From the NCBI GenBank assembly GCA_963807965.1, contig CAWEDU010000009.1, positions 35,577 to 99,576 of the forward strand: DNA of 64,000 nt, given 5' to 3'. Below, one piece after another: positions 1 through 10,850 of the stretch. A program made the position numbers and the translations under genes. The first letter of the stretch is position 1. Every line of letters starts with the position of its first letter. Origin of the DNA: an uncultured Thermoplasmatales archaeon (lineage in GTDB: Archaea; Thermoplasmatota; Penumbrarchaeia; Penumbrarchaeales; Penumbrarchaeaceae). Under the pieces are notes generated by a model, which was not told where the DNA came from, did not search any database, and saw only the letters and a program-made list of their open reading frames with translations.

Positions 1-981
1 CTCAGGATCTGCCGATATTGAGGATTCTGGAATGGGTTCTTTTCCTTCTTCATCCATAACAGGGGAGGGAGCCTGTCCTTCATATACATCAATGGACCCA
101 ATTTCCGAAGTGGAAACTGGCATCGCTTCCATTGAGGCTATGTCTATCTGGGGTTGATCATTGACGATCGGGATCGGTGTAAGGACAGGGCTTTCTGACT
201 GGCCTAACATTGTGTTATCAGTTTGGCTTCCTTCAGGTGGTGTGATCGGACCACCGATCCTCGTTGCTGTTCCCAAGAAATCATAATTTCCCAAAGAATT
301 GGATTCATACAATCCTGCGTACTGGTCTGGATCGATATAGTAGACCTTTTCGTCTATCATTGACCTAAAAGCATAATAAGGTCCGTCCTGAGGGTTGAAG
401 AATGTCCTTGCATCCTTGGACTTCCTTCTAAAATAGTAAAATCCCATGAATATTACAAGGATCACTATGATTACAACCAATACTACGACAACAATGGGCA
501 AGATATCCAGTCCCTGGTCTTCTTCTTTGTTCTTGACCTCGTAATCTATCCTGATCCTGACTGTTGCATTGTCCCAATCATCAGCATCATCATCCCGCAT
601 TACATTGAAAAATACAATGGACTTCTGACTGTTCGTAGGATTCTTGATCTCTTTTTCCACCCTGATCGAAACGTTCCTCAATACAAGGAAAGCCTCTGTT
701 TCAGCAATATCTATCCTGGTGGTCTTGTCAGCTCTGCTTTTCTCAAGGATTAAAATGTCAATCCCACGTGGTTCGTAATCTTCGGCTGAGCTCCCTTTGA
801 ATGTGATGGTAAGGGTAAGGATGTCCCCTTTCTCATCGAAATCGGTCAATTTTAAAGGGATCAAGACACCTGGAGCAACTTCATATGGATCTAAGGTCAC
901 TGCTCCACTGGATCCTGGGAGTATGGCAGGGATGATCATTATCGCGGTAAAAACTAGTACTAAACCAACTCTCGACCTCAA
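1..981 (-). CDS. Partial membrane-anchored hypothetical protein (runs off the left edge; absent from the ORF track)
   Basis: Manual translation from TTG at 981 gives a signal-peptide-like LRSRVGLVLVFTAIMIIPAILPGSSGA, a TM segment ...PIVVVVLVVIIVILVIFMGFYYFRRK near 430-500, then a Pro/Glu/Ser-rich tail. Confidence 0.7.
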   Translation of the reverse strand, partial: MRSRVGLVLVFTAIMIIPAILPGSSGAVTLDPYEVAPGVLIPLKLTDFDEKGDILTLTITFKGSSAEDYEPRGIDILILEKSRADKTTRIDIAETEAFLVLRNVSIRVEKEIKNPTNSQKSIVFFNVMRDDDADDWDNATVRIRIDYEVKNKEEDQGLDILPIVVVVLVVIIVILVIFMGFYYFRRKSKDARTFFNPQDGPYYAFRSMIDEKVYYIDPDQYAGLYESNSLGNYDFLGTATRIGGPITPPEGSQTDNTMLGQSESPVLTPIPIVNDQPQIDIASMEAMPVSTSEIGSIDVYEGQAPSPVMDEEGKEPIPESSISADPE

Positions 982-1094
982 TTAAAGGACCCCCGAGGAA
1001 CGCTTTTCCTTATGTGCCATCATCCTTTTAAAGTTTGATGGCAAAATGGCTTCGTTAAAGGGTTATTGAGGAACGATTATGATCAGATTTAACA

Positions 1095-2858
1095 TCAATC
1101 CCGTCCAAAGAATCCTCTGAGAACAGGATGCATCTCCATCATCTGTTCCTTGCCTATCTGCTCATAGAGACGTATGATGATACCTACAGTTAATAGCACA
1201 CCTGTTCCAGAAGTCGAGCCTACCGTCCCAACCATGTCAGCCAAAGCTGCAAGGAGACCTACAAAAGCACCCGAGATAACCGTGACAGTAGGAATATAGC
1301 GGTTAAGGACCTTTTTAAGGACCCTTGGATCCCTTCTGAAACCAGGAATCCTCATTCCTGAGCTCTGTATCTGTTTGGCTACCGCTTCGGGCCCCATATT
1401 CGTTGTCTCTATCCAGAACTTTGCGAATAGGATGGAACCCACCACCATGATCCCCACATAGATCAAAACATGGACAGCGACCTGCCAATAATCGTGGTCC
1501 CCAACATATCCTCTATACCGGTCCCAATTGATCAAGGGAAGGAGCCAGGATTGGAGACCGTTGACCCTGGAGACATACCAAGCCAGACCTCCTGAAGGTG
1601 AAGTGGATCCTGTATCGTAGAATCCGATCCTCCAATTCTCTCCAATTATTGGAATGGTCTTGAACTTAGGATGGTTCCAAAGGAGCAATGAGAACATATT
1701 GATGTTTGCGAGCAATGCCGACATCAATATGACAGGGATATTTGAGGCATATATCAACCTTATCGGATACCGGCCCCTAGCTCCTCTGGCCTTAGCATGG
1801 GAAAGAGGTAGCTCTATCTGGGTGGACTCAGCATAAGCAACCACCAGGAATATCACTACTGTCGAAAGGAGAGCCACCATGGGGTTCGGAGGCGAAAGGA
1901 AGATGGTCTCGAAACCACCCGAAGCAAGTTCCCTGATCCCCCCAGACATATTTTCTAGGATATACCAGGTCTTGGGGATGGTTCCCGCTGGAATACTGCC
2001 ATAGCTATCAACAAGTCGGTCAAGATTGTATTGGGCAGCGGTGGCCTTCCCAAGTGGTATCCAAGAAATGGTTCCCTGGAAGATCGCCTGGGATACGCCT
2101 GCTGCGATGAACATAGATATTCCGGAACCGATCCCCCACTTTGAGATGACCTCATCCATAAGGAATACGAGATAAGAACCAAATATTATCTGGAAAATGA
2201 TGACCATTCTGGCCCATCCAATTCCAATGTCCCCCATCCAACCGGAACTCGATGGAGTTAAGTACCCATATACTTGGGGGATGGCTTCAACGAATATCAT
2301 TACGAGCACGAGGACCTTCTGGACACCCTGATAGATGGCCTTGTCCTCGGCCTTCTGAAGGTCCAGATTGATGATCTTTGCACCCGAGAACAACTGCATT
2401 ATAATGGAACCTGTGACAATGGGTCCGATACCCAGATGCATCAAAGAACCATTTGCTCCAGCAAGTATTGCCCTGAATTCGGAGAATATATCAATACTTT
2501 CTCCGGAAAGACCGTAGAGCTGAACGTTACTCAGGAAGAAATACAATATCAGGGTTCCGAACGTCCAAAGCATCTTGGTCCTGAATTTCACGTGACCTTC
2601 TGGTTTCTTGATGGCTGGCCACTTCTCCGATATCGATTTCAGTCCATAGAGTTTGGAGTTCTCACCAGCATAGGTGACCATCATTCCGATAAGAAAGAAC
2701 ACAAGGGCGATTGAAAGTGCGATTACAATGAAGAGCGAGATCTCTGCAAAATTATTGAAGTCAGCATCTCGCCACTGCCAGAAATAGACAATGACCATCG
2801 TCGCAATATAGGCGATGGCCACCCAGATGGCCTTCCTGTAATCTCTTTCGACAGCCAT
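1095..2858 (-). CDS. secY: Preprotein translocase SecY/Sec61-alpha with a two-TM N-terminal extension
   Basis: LGIGPIVTGSIIMQL, KWGIGSGISMFI, YASNIPVIL, IPGFRR motifs; last gene of the spc cluster; likely start ATG 2858. Confidence 0.97.
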   Translation of the reverse strand: MAVERDYRKAIWVAIAYIATMVIVYFWQWRDADFNNFAEISLFIVIALSIALVFFLIGMMVTYAGENSKLYGLKSISEKWPAIKKPEGHVKFRTKMLWTFGTLILYFFLSNVQLYGLSGESIDIFSEFRAILAGANGSLMHLGIGPIVTGSIIMQLFSGAKIINLDLQKAEDKAIYQGVQKVLVLVMIFVEAIPQVYGYLTPSSSGWMGDIGIGWARMVIIFQIIFGSYLVFLMDEVISKWGIGSGISMFIAAGVSQAIFQGTISWIPLGKATAAQYNLDRLVDSYGSIPAGTIPKTWYILENMSGGIRELASGGFETIFLSPPNPMVALLSTVVIFLVVAYAESTQIELPLSHAKARGARGRYPIRLIYASNIPVILMSALLANINMFSLLLWNHPKFKTIPIIGENWRIGFYDTGSTSPSGGLAWYVSRVNGLQSWLLPLINWDRYRGYVGDHDYWQVAVHVLIYVGIMVVGSILFAKFWIETTNMGPEAVAKQIQSSGMRIPGFRRDPRVLKKVLNRYIPTVTVISGAFVGLLAALADMVGTVGSTSGTGVLLTVGIIIRLYEQIGKEQMMEMHPVLRGFFGRD

Positions 2859-2944
2859 AGAACACACACCGATTTATGCCCTGGATAGATTTGCTCCCCG
2901 ATTACCGTTCTTCTATTAAAGGGTTTATTATTGCCGGTCCAGGC

Positions 2945-3384
2945 TCACTCCTGTTTGACCGTGACGGTCCCGCCAGCAGCTTCGATCTTCTCTACAGCCT
3001 TCTCGGAAGCCTGAGGAGTAGTATATGGACCTTCAGGTCGCCTATACTTCCGCCCCCAAGTAGTTTGGTACAGCCAAGCTTCTCGATATCGAGATCATAG
3101 GCGTTACCCTTCTTTTTAGCAGCCCCAGATTCAACCATCCGTCCGATATATTCTCGGATCGTTGATAGGTTCAAGACGATATTATCTTGGACAACGGACT
3201 GTGGTCTTTTGAAGCCATGCCTTCCGAAATAATCCTTGCCGTAGAACTTGATTATATGGATGTATCTATGCTTGTGATTACCGGCCATACCTTTTCCACC
3301 CCTCTTGCCAGCGCCTCTTCGAGCCTTGATCCCGTGACCTCTGGTCTTCAATCCTCTGAACTTTGCATTCCTCTTCTTTGCCAT
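2945..3384 (-). CDS. rpl15: 50S ribosomal protein uL15 (frameshift near 3020)
   Basis: RGAGKRGGKGMAG, FGRHGF, KLLGGG; the conserved C-terminus ASEKAVEKIEAAGG is in a different frame and ends at TGA 2945. Confidence 0.92.
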
Positions 3385-3394
3385 GGCAATCACC

Positions 3395-3863
3395 TCAGAT
3401 CATCTTCTTAAGGAGGTTGTTGATCTCCTTTCCTCTGTAACCCAATGCACCACCAACAGTGAAGTGTCTCTTGATACCCTCATATCCACCCTTGTTCGGT
3501 GGTGATAGTCTGAATAGTGGTTTTGCTCCTCCCAGGTCCTTGTATTTGAATCCGTTCTCGATCACAGCACCTGCTAGTTCATCCACATTCTTGAAAGATG
3601 ATCTGGATTTAATGAACTCATCTGTCAGTGGAGAACCACCATCGATCCGACCCCTCTGCCGTATCATTTCTGCAAGGGTATCCCTGTTCTACTTCACCCC
3701 AGGTGACATAATCCTTTACCTTCTGGAGCATACCCTTGAATTCTGGTGTTTCAGGTATGACAACACAGTGATTGACCCTGTTCAGACTCAACAACATAAG
3801 GGTCTCCTTGATATCAGGTTTCACTCTCAGTGTTCCCCTGACCCTTACCACAGCGAGGGTCAT
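3395..3863 (-). CDS. rpl30: 50S ribosomal protein uL30, archaeal long form (frameshift near 3683)
   Basis: AVVRVRG...GMLQKVKDYVTWGE in ORF 3618-3863 and FRLSPP..G..GIK..F..GGALGYRG in ORF 3395-3667; removing one G restores EQDTLAEMIR. Confidence 0.93.
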
Positions 3864-4799
3864 TGAACCTCACCTCCATCCGTTTGGACCGGTTCCTCAA
3901 CTCCCAGAACAGGTCCTGAAAGATGTTTCAAGGCGATCCTCTGGCCCTTTTGTACCCTCATCAGAGTGGTTCCCTTTAGTGCATCCATTACCGCCTTGGC
4001 ATTGTTGACTGTGGTCTTGGTCTGTCCCCTGGAGAATCCCCAGGCATCTCTGATACCGGCTAATTTCAGTATCTTCTTAGCCACATCTCCTACTGCCAGA
4101 CCCACTCCACGGGGAGCAGGTCTAAGTGTAACGGTTGTGGACCCCGCCCTGCCTTCGACCTTGTAAGGGAAGGGAATGTGGGTTCATGCATCCGCATTCC
4201 CAAGATCCGCAGCCTCTGTTAAGCTCTATCATGTTGAGCTTCGCATTATCAATGGCCTTTTTTATGGTAGGTCCAACTTCTTTCCCACGTGCTGAACCCA
4301 GTCCAACATATCCATTGCTGTTGCCAACGACAACTGTGATAGAGAACCGGGTCCTCCGTCCGGAATCGGTCATCCTCTGGACCATGTTGACCTTTAATAC
4401 CTCATCAACGAGGTCTTCACCAATTATTGTATCAACTATCTGATGTTCCCTTAAAGGAAGACCAGAGCTCAGAGCATCATGCATAGAGGATACCTTCCCA
4501 GCCTTGACAAGGATTCCGAGTTTTGTCTTGGGATCCCAATCTTCCTCCTCGAACCTATCCCTTTTTGGACCTCTACTCTGTCTCCCCGGCCTTGATGAGC
4601 CCCTCCCCCTGGAGTCACCTGCAGGTTTTACAGTTCCTTTGGTAAGGTTTGGTCTCTTTCCCCGTTCTGTTTCTTCCTGGGTCTTGACAGCCACATCATC
4701 GCGTTTATCCTCCGGGATATCGACCTCGGCCAAGTCCACGGGTTTATCGGGATTTTCTTTCACTTCTTCTACCTTCTTCTTATCTTCGGTCATGGTCAC
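3860..4799 (-). CDS. rps5: 30S ribosomal protein uS5 with a charged N-terminal extension (frameshift near 4168)
   Basis: [28 protein letters not shown]; removing one C restores [22 protein letters not shown]. Confidence 0.95.
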
Positions 4800-5299
4800 A
4801 TCTCCAGGATCTTGTTCTTCATGGCCACGAAATCTTCCTCGAACCCATCGATCTCCTTGTGACGTCCGAAGATCCGGTCCTCTTCCGGAAACATTCCTTC
4901 TCCGTGTGGTATGTCAAGTCCAGCATCAAGCATTCCCCTAAGAGTGGCAAATACACGGCTGCCTGTCTTGGGTTCTTGCAGACCTATATCGAGAACCGCC
5001 TCATGGAGGTCTGATTTACCTGCTTTTACCCCTGCTATGAGACCCACAAGGTATGATGCTGTAGTATCCTTGATAGAGTGTTTCCAACCCATTTTCTTCA
5101 GGTCCTTATATCCTGCCTGTGCAAGGACAAGGTCCCCATTCATATCGAACTTTATAAACTGCACAGTGGTACCTGAAAGGCTTTTCCTTACCACCGCTCT
5201 GGGTTTCTTTGATTTTACTAGAGAAAGTCTGGACCTGAAATTGGTCTTTCCCTCTCTCCTTCTCCTAAATGGCATATGATATCTTGGTCCGTCTGCCAT
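4796..5299 (-). CDS. rpl18: 50S ribosomal protein uL18
   Basis: [27 protein letters not shown]; operon position. Confidence 0.95.
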   Translation of the reverse strand: MADGPRYHMPFRRRREGKTNFRSRLSLVKSKKPRAVVRKSLSGTTVQFIKFDMNGDLVLAQAGYKDLKKMGWKHSIKDTTASYLVGLIAGVKAGKSDLHEAVLDIGLQEPKTGSRVFATLRGMLDAGLDIPHGEGMFPEEDRIFGRHKEIDGFEEDFVAMKNKILEM

Positions 5300-5300
5300 A

Positions 5301-5774
5301 TCATTTCACCTCCTTTACAGGGATCTTTATGAAGGCATTCTCGTTTTGCATATGTGACCTTAAATGGCCAACCGATCTGAAGGTTCCTCCCGAGGCATGC
5401 CTGTAATAATGTCTGTAAGTTTCAGATGATATATTGCCTTGGGTTCTGAATTCCTTCAGGGTCCTTCTGATCGGTCTGATGGTGTTTATCCATCTCCTTT
5501 TCTTAGGGAATCTGGCATATTTTGATCCCTTCCTCGAACCATGACCCTTTCTCTTTCCTGCTTCTTTTTGGATCATTCGTGCCTTCTTTCTTCCAGAGGA
5601 AATACCCTTTTCTGGTCTAGCTTTTATAACACCTTCATTGACCAGCTTTCTGACATCCCCTCTTGTAACTGCTTCAGAAATATCTTCGATGTTATTGGGA
5701 TTCATATAAACCCTGTTTGCACCACATTTTAGGATGATCGCAGCCATCCTTCTTTGATTTGAAAGATCCATCAC
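5301..5774 (-). CDS. rpl19e: 50S ribosomal protein eL19
   Basis: LSNQRRMAA.ILKCG.NRV, GHGSRKG, W...IR..RR. Confidence 0.95.
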   Translation of the reverse strand: MMDLSNQRRMAAIILKCGANRVYMNPNNIEDISEAVTRGDVRKLVNEGVIKARPEKGISSGRKKARMIQKEAGKRKGHGSRKGSKYARFPKKRRWINTIRPIRRTLKEFRTQGNISSETYRHYYRHASGGTFRSVGHLRSHMQNENAFIKIPVKEVK

Positions 5775-6283
5775 AGAACCCCCCTGTTAAGGATACGGAT
5801 GCCTTTCTGATCCGCTGATTGAACAATGGTCTTCCTCTTTCTTGTCCCAACTGTAGCTCCGATCCTAGCTGCCTGGACCTTTGGGTCTATACTCTCAAGG
5901 TCAGCTAAGTTGAAGACCATTACCTCCCTAAAACCGGATGGATGATAATGCCTGACTGATGCAGGTTTTCCAAATCCGATCCTTACCTTTGGAGGTCTGT
6001 ACTTTCTGTTCAATCTCATCTTGTTCGTAACAGCCCTGGGCCTCCTCCAATTGGTTCCTAACTTCTTGTACCTGAACCATTCCCCCCTCCTGAATTTGGG
6101 TTGTTTATCGTAACGTTCCTTCCTGATCTCCAGTAGCTTCTCAATATTGCTGTCGATCTCAGGTTTAATCTTACCCTGGGATTTCTTAACAACAGCTTTC
6201 TTCTTAGGAGAGGTCTTTTCTTCCTTGACCACTACCTTGGGAGGAACTTTGGTGGCCTTATCCGTTTTCTTCTCTGCCATCAT
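5771..6283 (-). CDS. rpl32e: 50S ribosomal protein eL32 with a Lys-rich N-terminal extension
   Basis: PKFRR.EW.RYKKL...WRRPR, HPSGFREV, VGTRKR, GIRILN. Confidence 0.95.
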   Translation of the reverse strand: MMAEKKTDKATKVPPKVVVKEEKTSPKKKAVVKKSQGKIKPEIDSNIEKLLEIRKERYDKQPKFRRGEWFRYKKLGTNWRRPRAVTNKMRLNRKYRPPKVRIGFGKPASVRHYHPSGFREVMVFNLADLESIDPKVQAARIGATVGTRKRKTIVQSADQKGIRILNRGVL

Positions 6284-6822
6284 TCATCCCCCCTGCTGGT
6301 GAGATATATTCCATCCTGGAATACCCTAGTATCATAGTTCTTCACAATAGTTGCCTTCTCAATGTTCGCAGCTGTCTGGCCAACCATTTCCTTGTTGATA
6401 CCCTCTAAATTAATGATGTCCCCGGATATCTTCGCGGTGACACCTTCCAATATCTTTGCCCTCCTTGGAAATCTCTCTCCAAGGAAGTTCTCTACCACCA
6501 GCTCATTTCCCTTCACAGACGTCTTAATTGGAAAATGAGAAAAGATTATCCGCAACTTGTAGTGGAATCCGTTCTGAACACCATTTACCATGTTCTGAAC
6601 ATGTGAAGCCCAGGTTCCTACGAGGCCCATCTCCTTCCTTTTCGGATAAGGACAGTTGACATACACATTTCCATCCTTGATCACCATTTTTACTTTAGGA
6701 TGGCTGAATTCCCTTGTGAGTTTACCCTTCTTTCCCGATACCGAGATCAGGTTCTCTTTAATATCAACTGAGACACCCTTGGGAATGTCCACAATCCTTT
6801 CCATCATGTCTATTCTTACCAT
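6280..6822 (-). CDS. rpl6: 50S ribosomal protein uL6
   Basis: SHFPI, NFLGER.PR, VGQTAANIE, DTRVFQDGIY; likely start ATG 6822. Confidence 0.96.
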   Translation of the reverse strand: MVRIDMMERIVDIPKGVSVDIKENLISVSGKKGKLTREFSHPKVKMVIKDGNVYVNCPYPKRKEMGLVGTWASHVQNMVNGVQNGFHYKLRIIFSHFPIKTSVKGNELVVENFLGERFPRRAKILEGVTAKISGDIINLEGINKEMVGQTAANIEKATIVKNYDTRVFQDGIYLTSRGDE

Positions 6823-6832
6823 TGGGATCACC

Positions 6833-7222
6833 TCAATAAACAAAGGCCAGAAGCCTTCCTCCAGTATGCATCTCCTTTGCCTTATCGTGAGAGATTACAC
6901 CCTTGGTAGTGGACAGTATGATCACTCCAAAATTCTGAGCGGGAAGGTACCTTGCTTCGTATCCCTCCATTTCAGCTCTTTTAATGGCAAAACGTGGTTT
7001 GATAACACCGCAGTCGTTGATATTTCCATTAAGGTGAACATTGAACCATCCGGCCCTTCCATCCTCATTGTATTCGAACTCCTTAATGTATCCATTCTCC
7101 TGGATGACCTTTAAGACGCGTCCGATCAATTTCGAGGCTGGTCTGACAATACAGTCCTTCTTTCCGGCCCTTTCCGCATTCTTCATTACAGATAGGGCAT
7201 CTGACAGTGGATCGTTTCTCAA
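6833..7222 (-). CDS. rps8: 30S ribosomal protein uS8
   Basis: [29 protein letters not shown]......[12 protein letters not shown] start. Confidence 0.96.
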   Translation of the reverse strand: MRNDPLSDALSVMKNAERAGKKDCIVRPASKLIGRVLKVIQENGYIKEFEYNEDGRAGWFNVHLNGNINDCGVIKPRFAIKRAEMEGYEARYLPAQNFGVIILSTTKGVISHDKAKEMHTGGRLLAFVY

Positions 7223-7235
7223 TCTAACACACTCC

Positions 7236-7394
7236 TCATGAATATTTCTTGAACCCTATCTCCGGAGCTATCTCTCTGAAACACTGTCTGCACAAGTGCA
7301 TCCCGTTCCTTCTGATCAAACCCCTCTTGCGTCCGCATCTCTGGCACCCTACCTTCCTTCCGAAGGTCTTCCGTTTTACTTCGATCTCAGCCAT
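7236..7394 (-). CDS. rps14: 30S ribosomal protein uS14 (Zn-binding)
   Basis: CQRCG...GLIR...[15 protein letters not shown]; likely start ATG 7394. Confidence 0.95.
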   Translation of the reverse strand: MAEIEVKRKTFGRKVGCQRCGRKRGLIRRNGMHLCRQCFREIAPEIGFKKYS

Positions 7395-7942
7395 TATTCC
7401 AACACCTCCACATCGAAGGTCTTGGAGACCCACTCCTTGGCCTCTTGTTTTGCGATCCTCTGCTCGGTGGGTATATGTCCAGGAGCTCTTTTCCTCCTGC
7501 TTACCCTTTTTCCGGCGCGTGTTAGGACCACGTTGATATCAAGTCCGAATATACCTATATCCGGATCGTATCTCATTCCCTGGAAGTCCGTATAATCGGA
7601 TATCCCGAATGAAAAATTACCCTGCGGATCGAAGGAGTATCCCATGATCTTGTTCTCCCTAACCCAAAGGGCCTTCTTCAGGAATTCTGGAGCATTTTCC
7701 TTCCTGAGCGTTACCTTGCATCCAATTGGCATCCCAACCCGGATGCCAAGGTCCCTATTTGTCGTCTTTGAAATGGTTTGGGTGGGTTTCTTCTGAGTGA
7801 GCAACTCTATGACCTTGATAGCTTTGTTGAGCTTATCACCAGCCTCACCTACACCAATATTGACAACAACCTTCTCTATCCTTATCTCCCTGTTGGGGTT
7901 CTCTTTTTTTTCTTCATTCTTTTCTGACATCTCATCGGTCAT
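7394..7942 (-). CDS. rpl5: 50S ribosomal protein uL5
   Basis: [40 protein letters not shown]. Confidence 0.96.
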   Translation of the reverse strand: MTDEMSEKNEEKKENPNREIRIEKVVVNIGVGEAGDKLNKAIKVIELLTQKKPTQTISKTTNRDLGIRVGMPIGCKVTLRKENAPEFLKKALWVRENKIMGYSFDPQGNFSFGISDYTDFQGMRYDPDIGIFGLDINVVLTRAGKRVSRRKRAPGHIPTEQRIAKQEAKEWVSKTFDVEVLE

Positions 7943-8655
7943 AAGGTGCTCACCTCCGCAGATTCTATCTCGGAGGTCTTAATCCCTATAATGAAGACAT
8001 GATCGATAATGGTGTTGAATCCCTCATGGAACTCAACGATATTGGGATCAGGATTCCTCGTTACCTCTATCCTTTTAATCCTGCAGATGGTTCCAATGTG
8101 GGCTCCACCTGTCAGAAATGCCAATGATTCCTCTTTCATGGGGAACTTCTCAATTATCTTCTGATCTGGAAGTGAGATCTTGATCGCGTCCCCGGTCTTG
8201 AACTCATCCTTCTTGACAAGGATGTTCCTTCCATCATGAAGGTGAAGCTGAAGTGTCCCCCCCTTCACGATAGTCTTGTTCATTATCCTTGCTAACTTCC
8301 AAGTGGATTCACTCTTCTCTATCTTCTTCAGAGTGATCTGTCCCCTAGGATTCACCATCACTCTGTAGAATGATTTGATCTTCGGAATACTGATGACATC
8401 CATTATCCCTACCGGAAGTTTAGGACTGGTCCTGACCTTTCCATCCACAAGGACATCCCTCCTTGCAAGGATCTTCCTTATCTCCGAAGCTGTGTCACCA
8501 AGATTAAGTATATCCCTCAAAGCGACGAGAAGTGGAATGGATTTCTCCATTGAATGGGCCCCGGGCTTAGCCCTAACGGTCCATACCTTGGGCTTCCTCT
8601 GAATGGCCCATGATCTCGGTGCCGCATATCTCTTAAGATGCTTAGAATCAACCAT
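7939..8655 (-). CDS. rps4e: 30S ribosomal protein eS4
   Basis: HLKRYAAPRSW, PGAH, VDGKVR, QLHLHDGRN. Confidence 0.96.
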   Translation of the reverse strand: MVDSKHLKRYAAPRSWAIQRKPKVWTVRAKPGAHSMEKSIPLLVALRDILNLGDTASEIRKILARRDVLVDGKVRTSPKLPVGIMDVISIPKIKSFYRVMVNPRGQITLKKIEKSESTWKLARIMNKTIVKGGTLQLHLHDGRNILVKKDEFKTGDAIKISLPDQKIIEKFPMKEESLAFLTGGAHIGTICRIKRIEVTRNPDPNIVEFHEGFNTIIDHVFIIGIKTSEIESAEVSTL

Positions 8656-8667
8656 AACATTCCTCCT

Positions 8668-9036
8668 TTACTCATCCCCAACCCCTTTGAACCTCTCCTT
8701 CCTTACCGGGTCCGAGAGGTCTAGCTTGGTCACCACAAGGTTCGAAGCATCGAACCAGATCGTGACCTCCTTGTTATCTGCCTTGTTTATTAAGGCCTTC
8801 TCGATCGAAACCTTCCTCTTTTTCAGGTCGATCTTTGCAACCTTCCCTTCATGTCCGGTTCTTGATCCACGTAATACTTTGACAGTATCACCGGTTCTAA
8901 GAGTGACCCTCCTTATGGAGGATTTTCCGTATTTTGTCGGATCAAGGGGCGATCTGATGATCTTGCTCCCTCTGTGAAGAGGTAAATTCTTCTGGTTTTT
9001 TCGCTGTTTTCTGGGTTTAGAAGATCTGGCGTCCAT
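8668..9036 (-). CDS. rpl24: 50S ribosomal protein uL24
   Basis: SKPRKQRK, GDTVKVLRG (KOW), SNLVVTKLDLSD..R. Confidence 0.95.
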   Translation of the reverse strand: MDARSSKPRKQRKNQKNLPLHRGSKIIRSPLDPTKYGKSSIRRVTLRTGDTVKVLRGSRTGHEGKVAKIDLKKRKVSIEKALINKADNKEVTIWFDASNLVVTKLDLSDPVRKERFKGVGDE

Positions 9037-9047
9037 CTTAATACCTC

Positions 9048-9446
9048 CTAGACGATCGTGGATGCCGTGGCAGCGATCCTTGAAAACCTCTCTGCGGCCT
9101 CTTTCGCTACTGGACCCTTGATATCAGAACCCTTTGTCTCTCCGGTCTTGGTAGTAAGGACAAGTGCATTGTCCTCAAAGGAGATCATGGTTCCATCCGG
9201 TCTTCTGAAGAGCCTTTTCTGTCTGACAATGACAGCTGGAAAGAGCTGTTTTCTGAGCTCAGGTGTTCCCTTCTTTACACTGACGATCACCATATCACCT
9301 ATACCTGCAGATGGCACCCTTCTCTTGGTACCTTTGTATTTCAAGACCTGAACAATCTGAACGATCTTTGCTCCGGTATTATCTACACAACTAACCTTTG
9401 ATCCGACCTGAAGACCTCTGGTTTGTACCCCAGCTAATCCCTTCAT
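9048..9446 (-). CDS. rpl14: 50S ribosomal protein uL14
   Basis: [32 protein letters not shown]. Confidence 0.97.
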   Translation of the reverse strand: MKGLAGVQTRGLQVGSKVSCVDNTGAKIVQIVQVLKYKGTKRRVPSAGIGDMVIVSVKKGTPELRKQLFPAVIVRQKRLFRRPDGTMISFEDNALVLTTKTGETKGSDIKGPVAKEAAERFSRIAATASTIV

Positions 9447-9447
9447 T

Positions 9448-9960
9448 TCAGATCCTCCCGATAACTACCATATTGGTGCTTTTAGAAAGAGGACGGCATT
9501 CCATGATCTTTACCATATCACCGACTTGGACATTGATGCATGGTGGAAGGTGGGCAAGATATCTGGCGGACCTCTTTTCGTACCTCTGGTACTTCTCAAT
9601 ACGATGCCTTCTTTCCCTCATGACCACCACGGTATCATCCATCTTCATATTGACCACCTGAACATCCAGGATGATACCCCTGACGGATAATTTACCATGA
9701 AATGGACAATTCTCATCTTCACAACCCTTGGTCGGAGCCTCGATGTCAATACCTATATCCCTGTGAGCGGTCTTCTTGACCTTCTTTGACCTGACCACAG
9801 GTTTACTCACACCCAGGGCCTTCCTTTTGACAGGAAGTGTCTTTTTACCCTGTACTGTGTCGATATCCGCGGCTGCTTCGGTCTTCTTCGTGATCTTTTT
9901 TGCTTCCGATGCCTTCGGTTGTTTCTTGGGCTCCGGAGCCTCATCACCCTTTTCTGCCAT
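9448..9960 (-). CDS. rps17: 30S ribosomal protein uS17 with a Lys/Ala-rich N-terminal extension of about 65 aa
   Basis: [33 protein letters not shown]. Confidence 0.95.
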   Translation of the reverse strand: MAEKGDEAPEPKKQPKASEAKKITKKTEAAADIDTVQGKKTLPVKRKALGVSKPVVRSKKVKKTAHRDIGIDIEAPTKGCEDENCPFHGKLSVRGIILDVQVVNMKMDDTVVVMRERRHRIEKYQRYEKRSARYLAHLPPCINVQVGDMVKIMECRPLSKSTNMVVIGRI

Positions 9961-10022
9961 CCTTACCACCTTCTTCGGTTCTAAATTGATCTTGGTTGGA
10001 GGATCCTTTGGACCTTCATAGT

Positions 10023-10349
10023 TTACTTCTTCTTTCGGTAGTTTTCCTTTTTATCCAGTTTTTTATTTCTGTCCTCAGGCCGGTAGAGGATATCAGACCC
10101 ATCTATCTCAATGGATCGTAAATCACTTTCAAGTCCTGTCAACCTGAATCTTCCACCCTTCTTCGGAACCACCGATCTTTTTCCATCATTATCAAGCAGG
10201 AACGTTCCCTTTGTCTCATCCAACACGATCCCCTCTCGTCCAATCAATCCGGGATCCGTATGATGGAGAACCCTTAATTGGGTCCCTATGAGCTCTAGCA
10301 GCAGAATATTCCTTACCTTGCCTGGTCCTTTCTCGTTCATCCTCCTCAC
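10023..10349 (-). CDS. rnp1: Ribonuclease P protein component 1 (Rpp29/Pop4)
   Basis: ELIG..LRV......LIG.EG.VLDET, IDG..I..RPEDR; conserved position between SUI1 and rps17. Confidence 0.88.
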   Translation of the reverse strand: MRRMNEKGPGKVRNILLLELIGTQLRVLHHTDPGLIGREGIVLDETKGTFLLDNDGKRSVVPKKGGRFRLTGLESDLRSIEIDGSDILYRPEDRNKKLDKKENYRKKK

Positions 10350-10645
10350 TCGGAAATGTTCGTATAGCCTTTCTCCTTGAGCGCCTCTATGGCCTTCTTC
10401 TTGTGGTCACCTTGAAGTTCTATTATACCATCTTTGACGGTTCCACCGGCTGCGCACTTGTTCTTTAAGAAGCGGGCGAGATCGTCTAGATCGATATCTG
10501 TGGGATCGATCCCTGATATTATCGTCACGACCTTTCCGTATCTCCTTTTAGTTGTGGCAATCCGAATATCTTGCTGCTCCCTTGCAATATCCTCACAAGC
10601 GCAGAGTTCTTTTGGAAGACCGCAGACGCTACATATCTCTGCCAT
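10346..10645 (-). CDS. sui1: Translation initiation factor SUI1 / aIF1
   Basis: [30 protein letters not shown]...IELQGDH. Confidence 0.95.
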   Translation of the reverse strand: MAEICSVCGLPKELCACEDIAREQQDIRIATTKRRYGKVVTIISGIDPTDIDLDDLARFLKNKCAAGGTVKDGIIELQGDHKKKAIEALKEKGYTNISE

Positions 10646-10848
10646 TAAAGTTCTCCCTCCTCCCTCATGACCGTAGCCAATCTGGCTATATTGATCCTGA
10701 GGGATTTGATCCTTCCAGGATTGGGAGGAGCTCCACCCATAGCGGATATTCCCCTTTCCCTCATTAGTTCATCGCGAAGTTCCTTCATCTTTCCAGACCT
10801 TTCTTCGGGATTCAAATTCCTGATTTCTGGGAGTCTGAGTAACGCCAC
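10645..10848 (-). CDS. rpl29: 50S ribosomal protein uL29
   Basis: LR..EIR, NPGRIK.LR..IARL.TV. Confidence 0.95.
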   Translation of the reverse strand: MALLRLPEIRNLNPEERSGKMKELRDELMRERGISAMGGAPPNPGRIKSLRINIARLATVMREEGEL

Positions 10849-10850
10849 TT

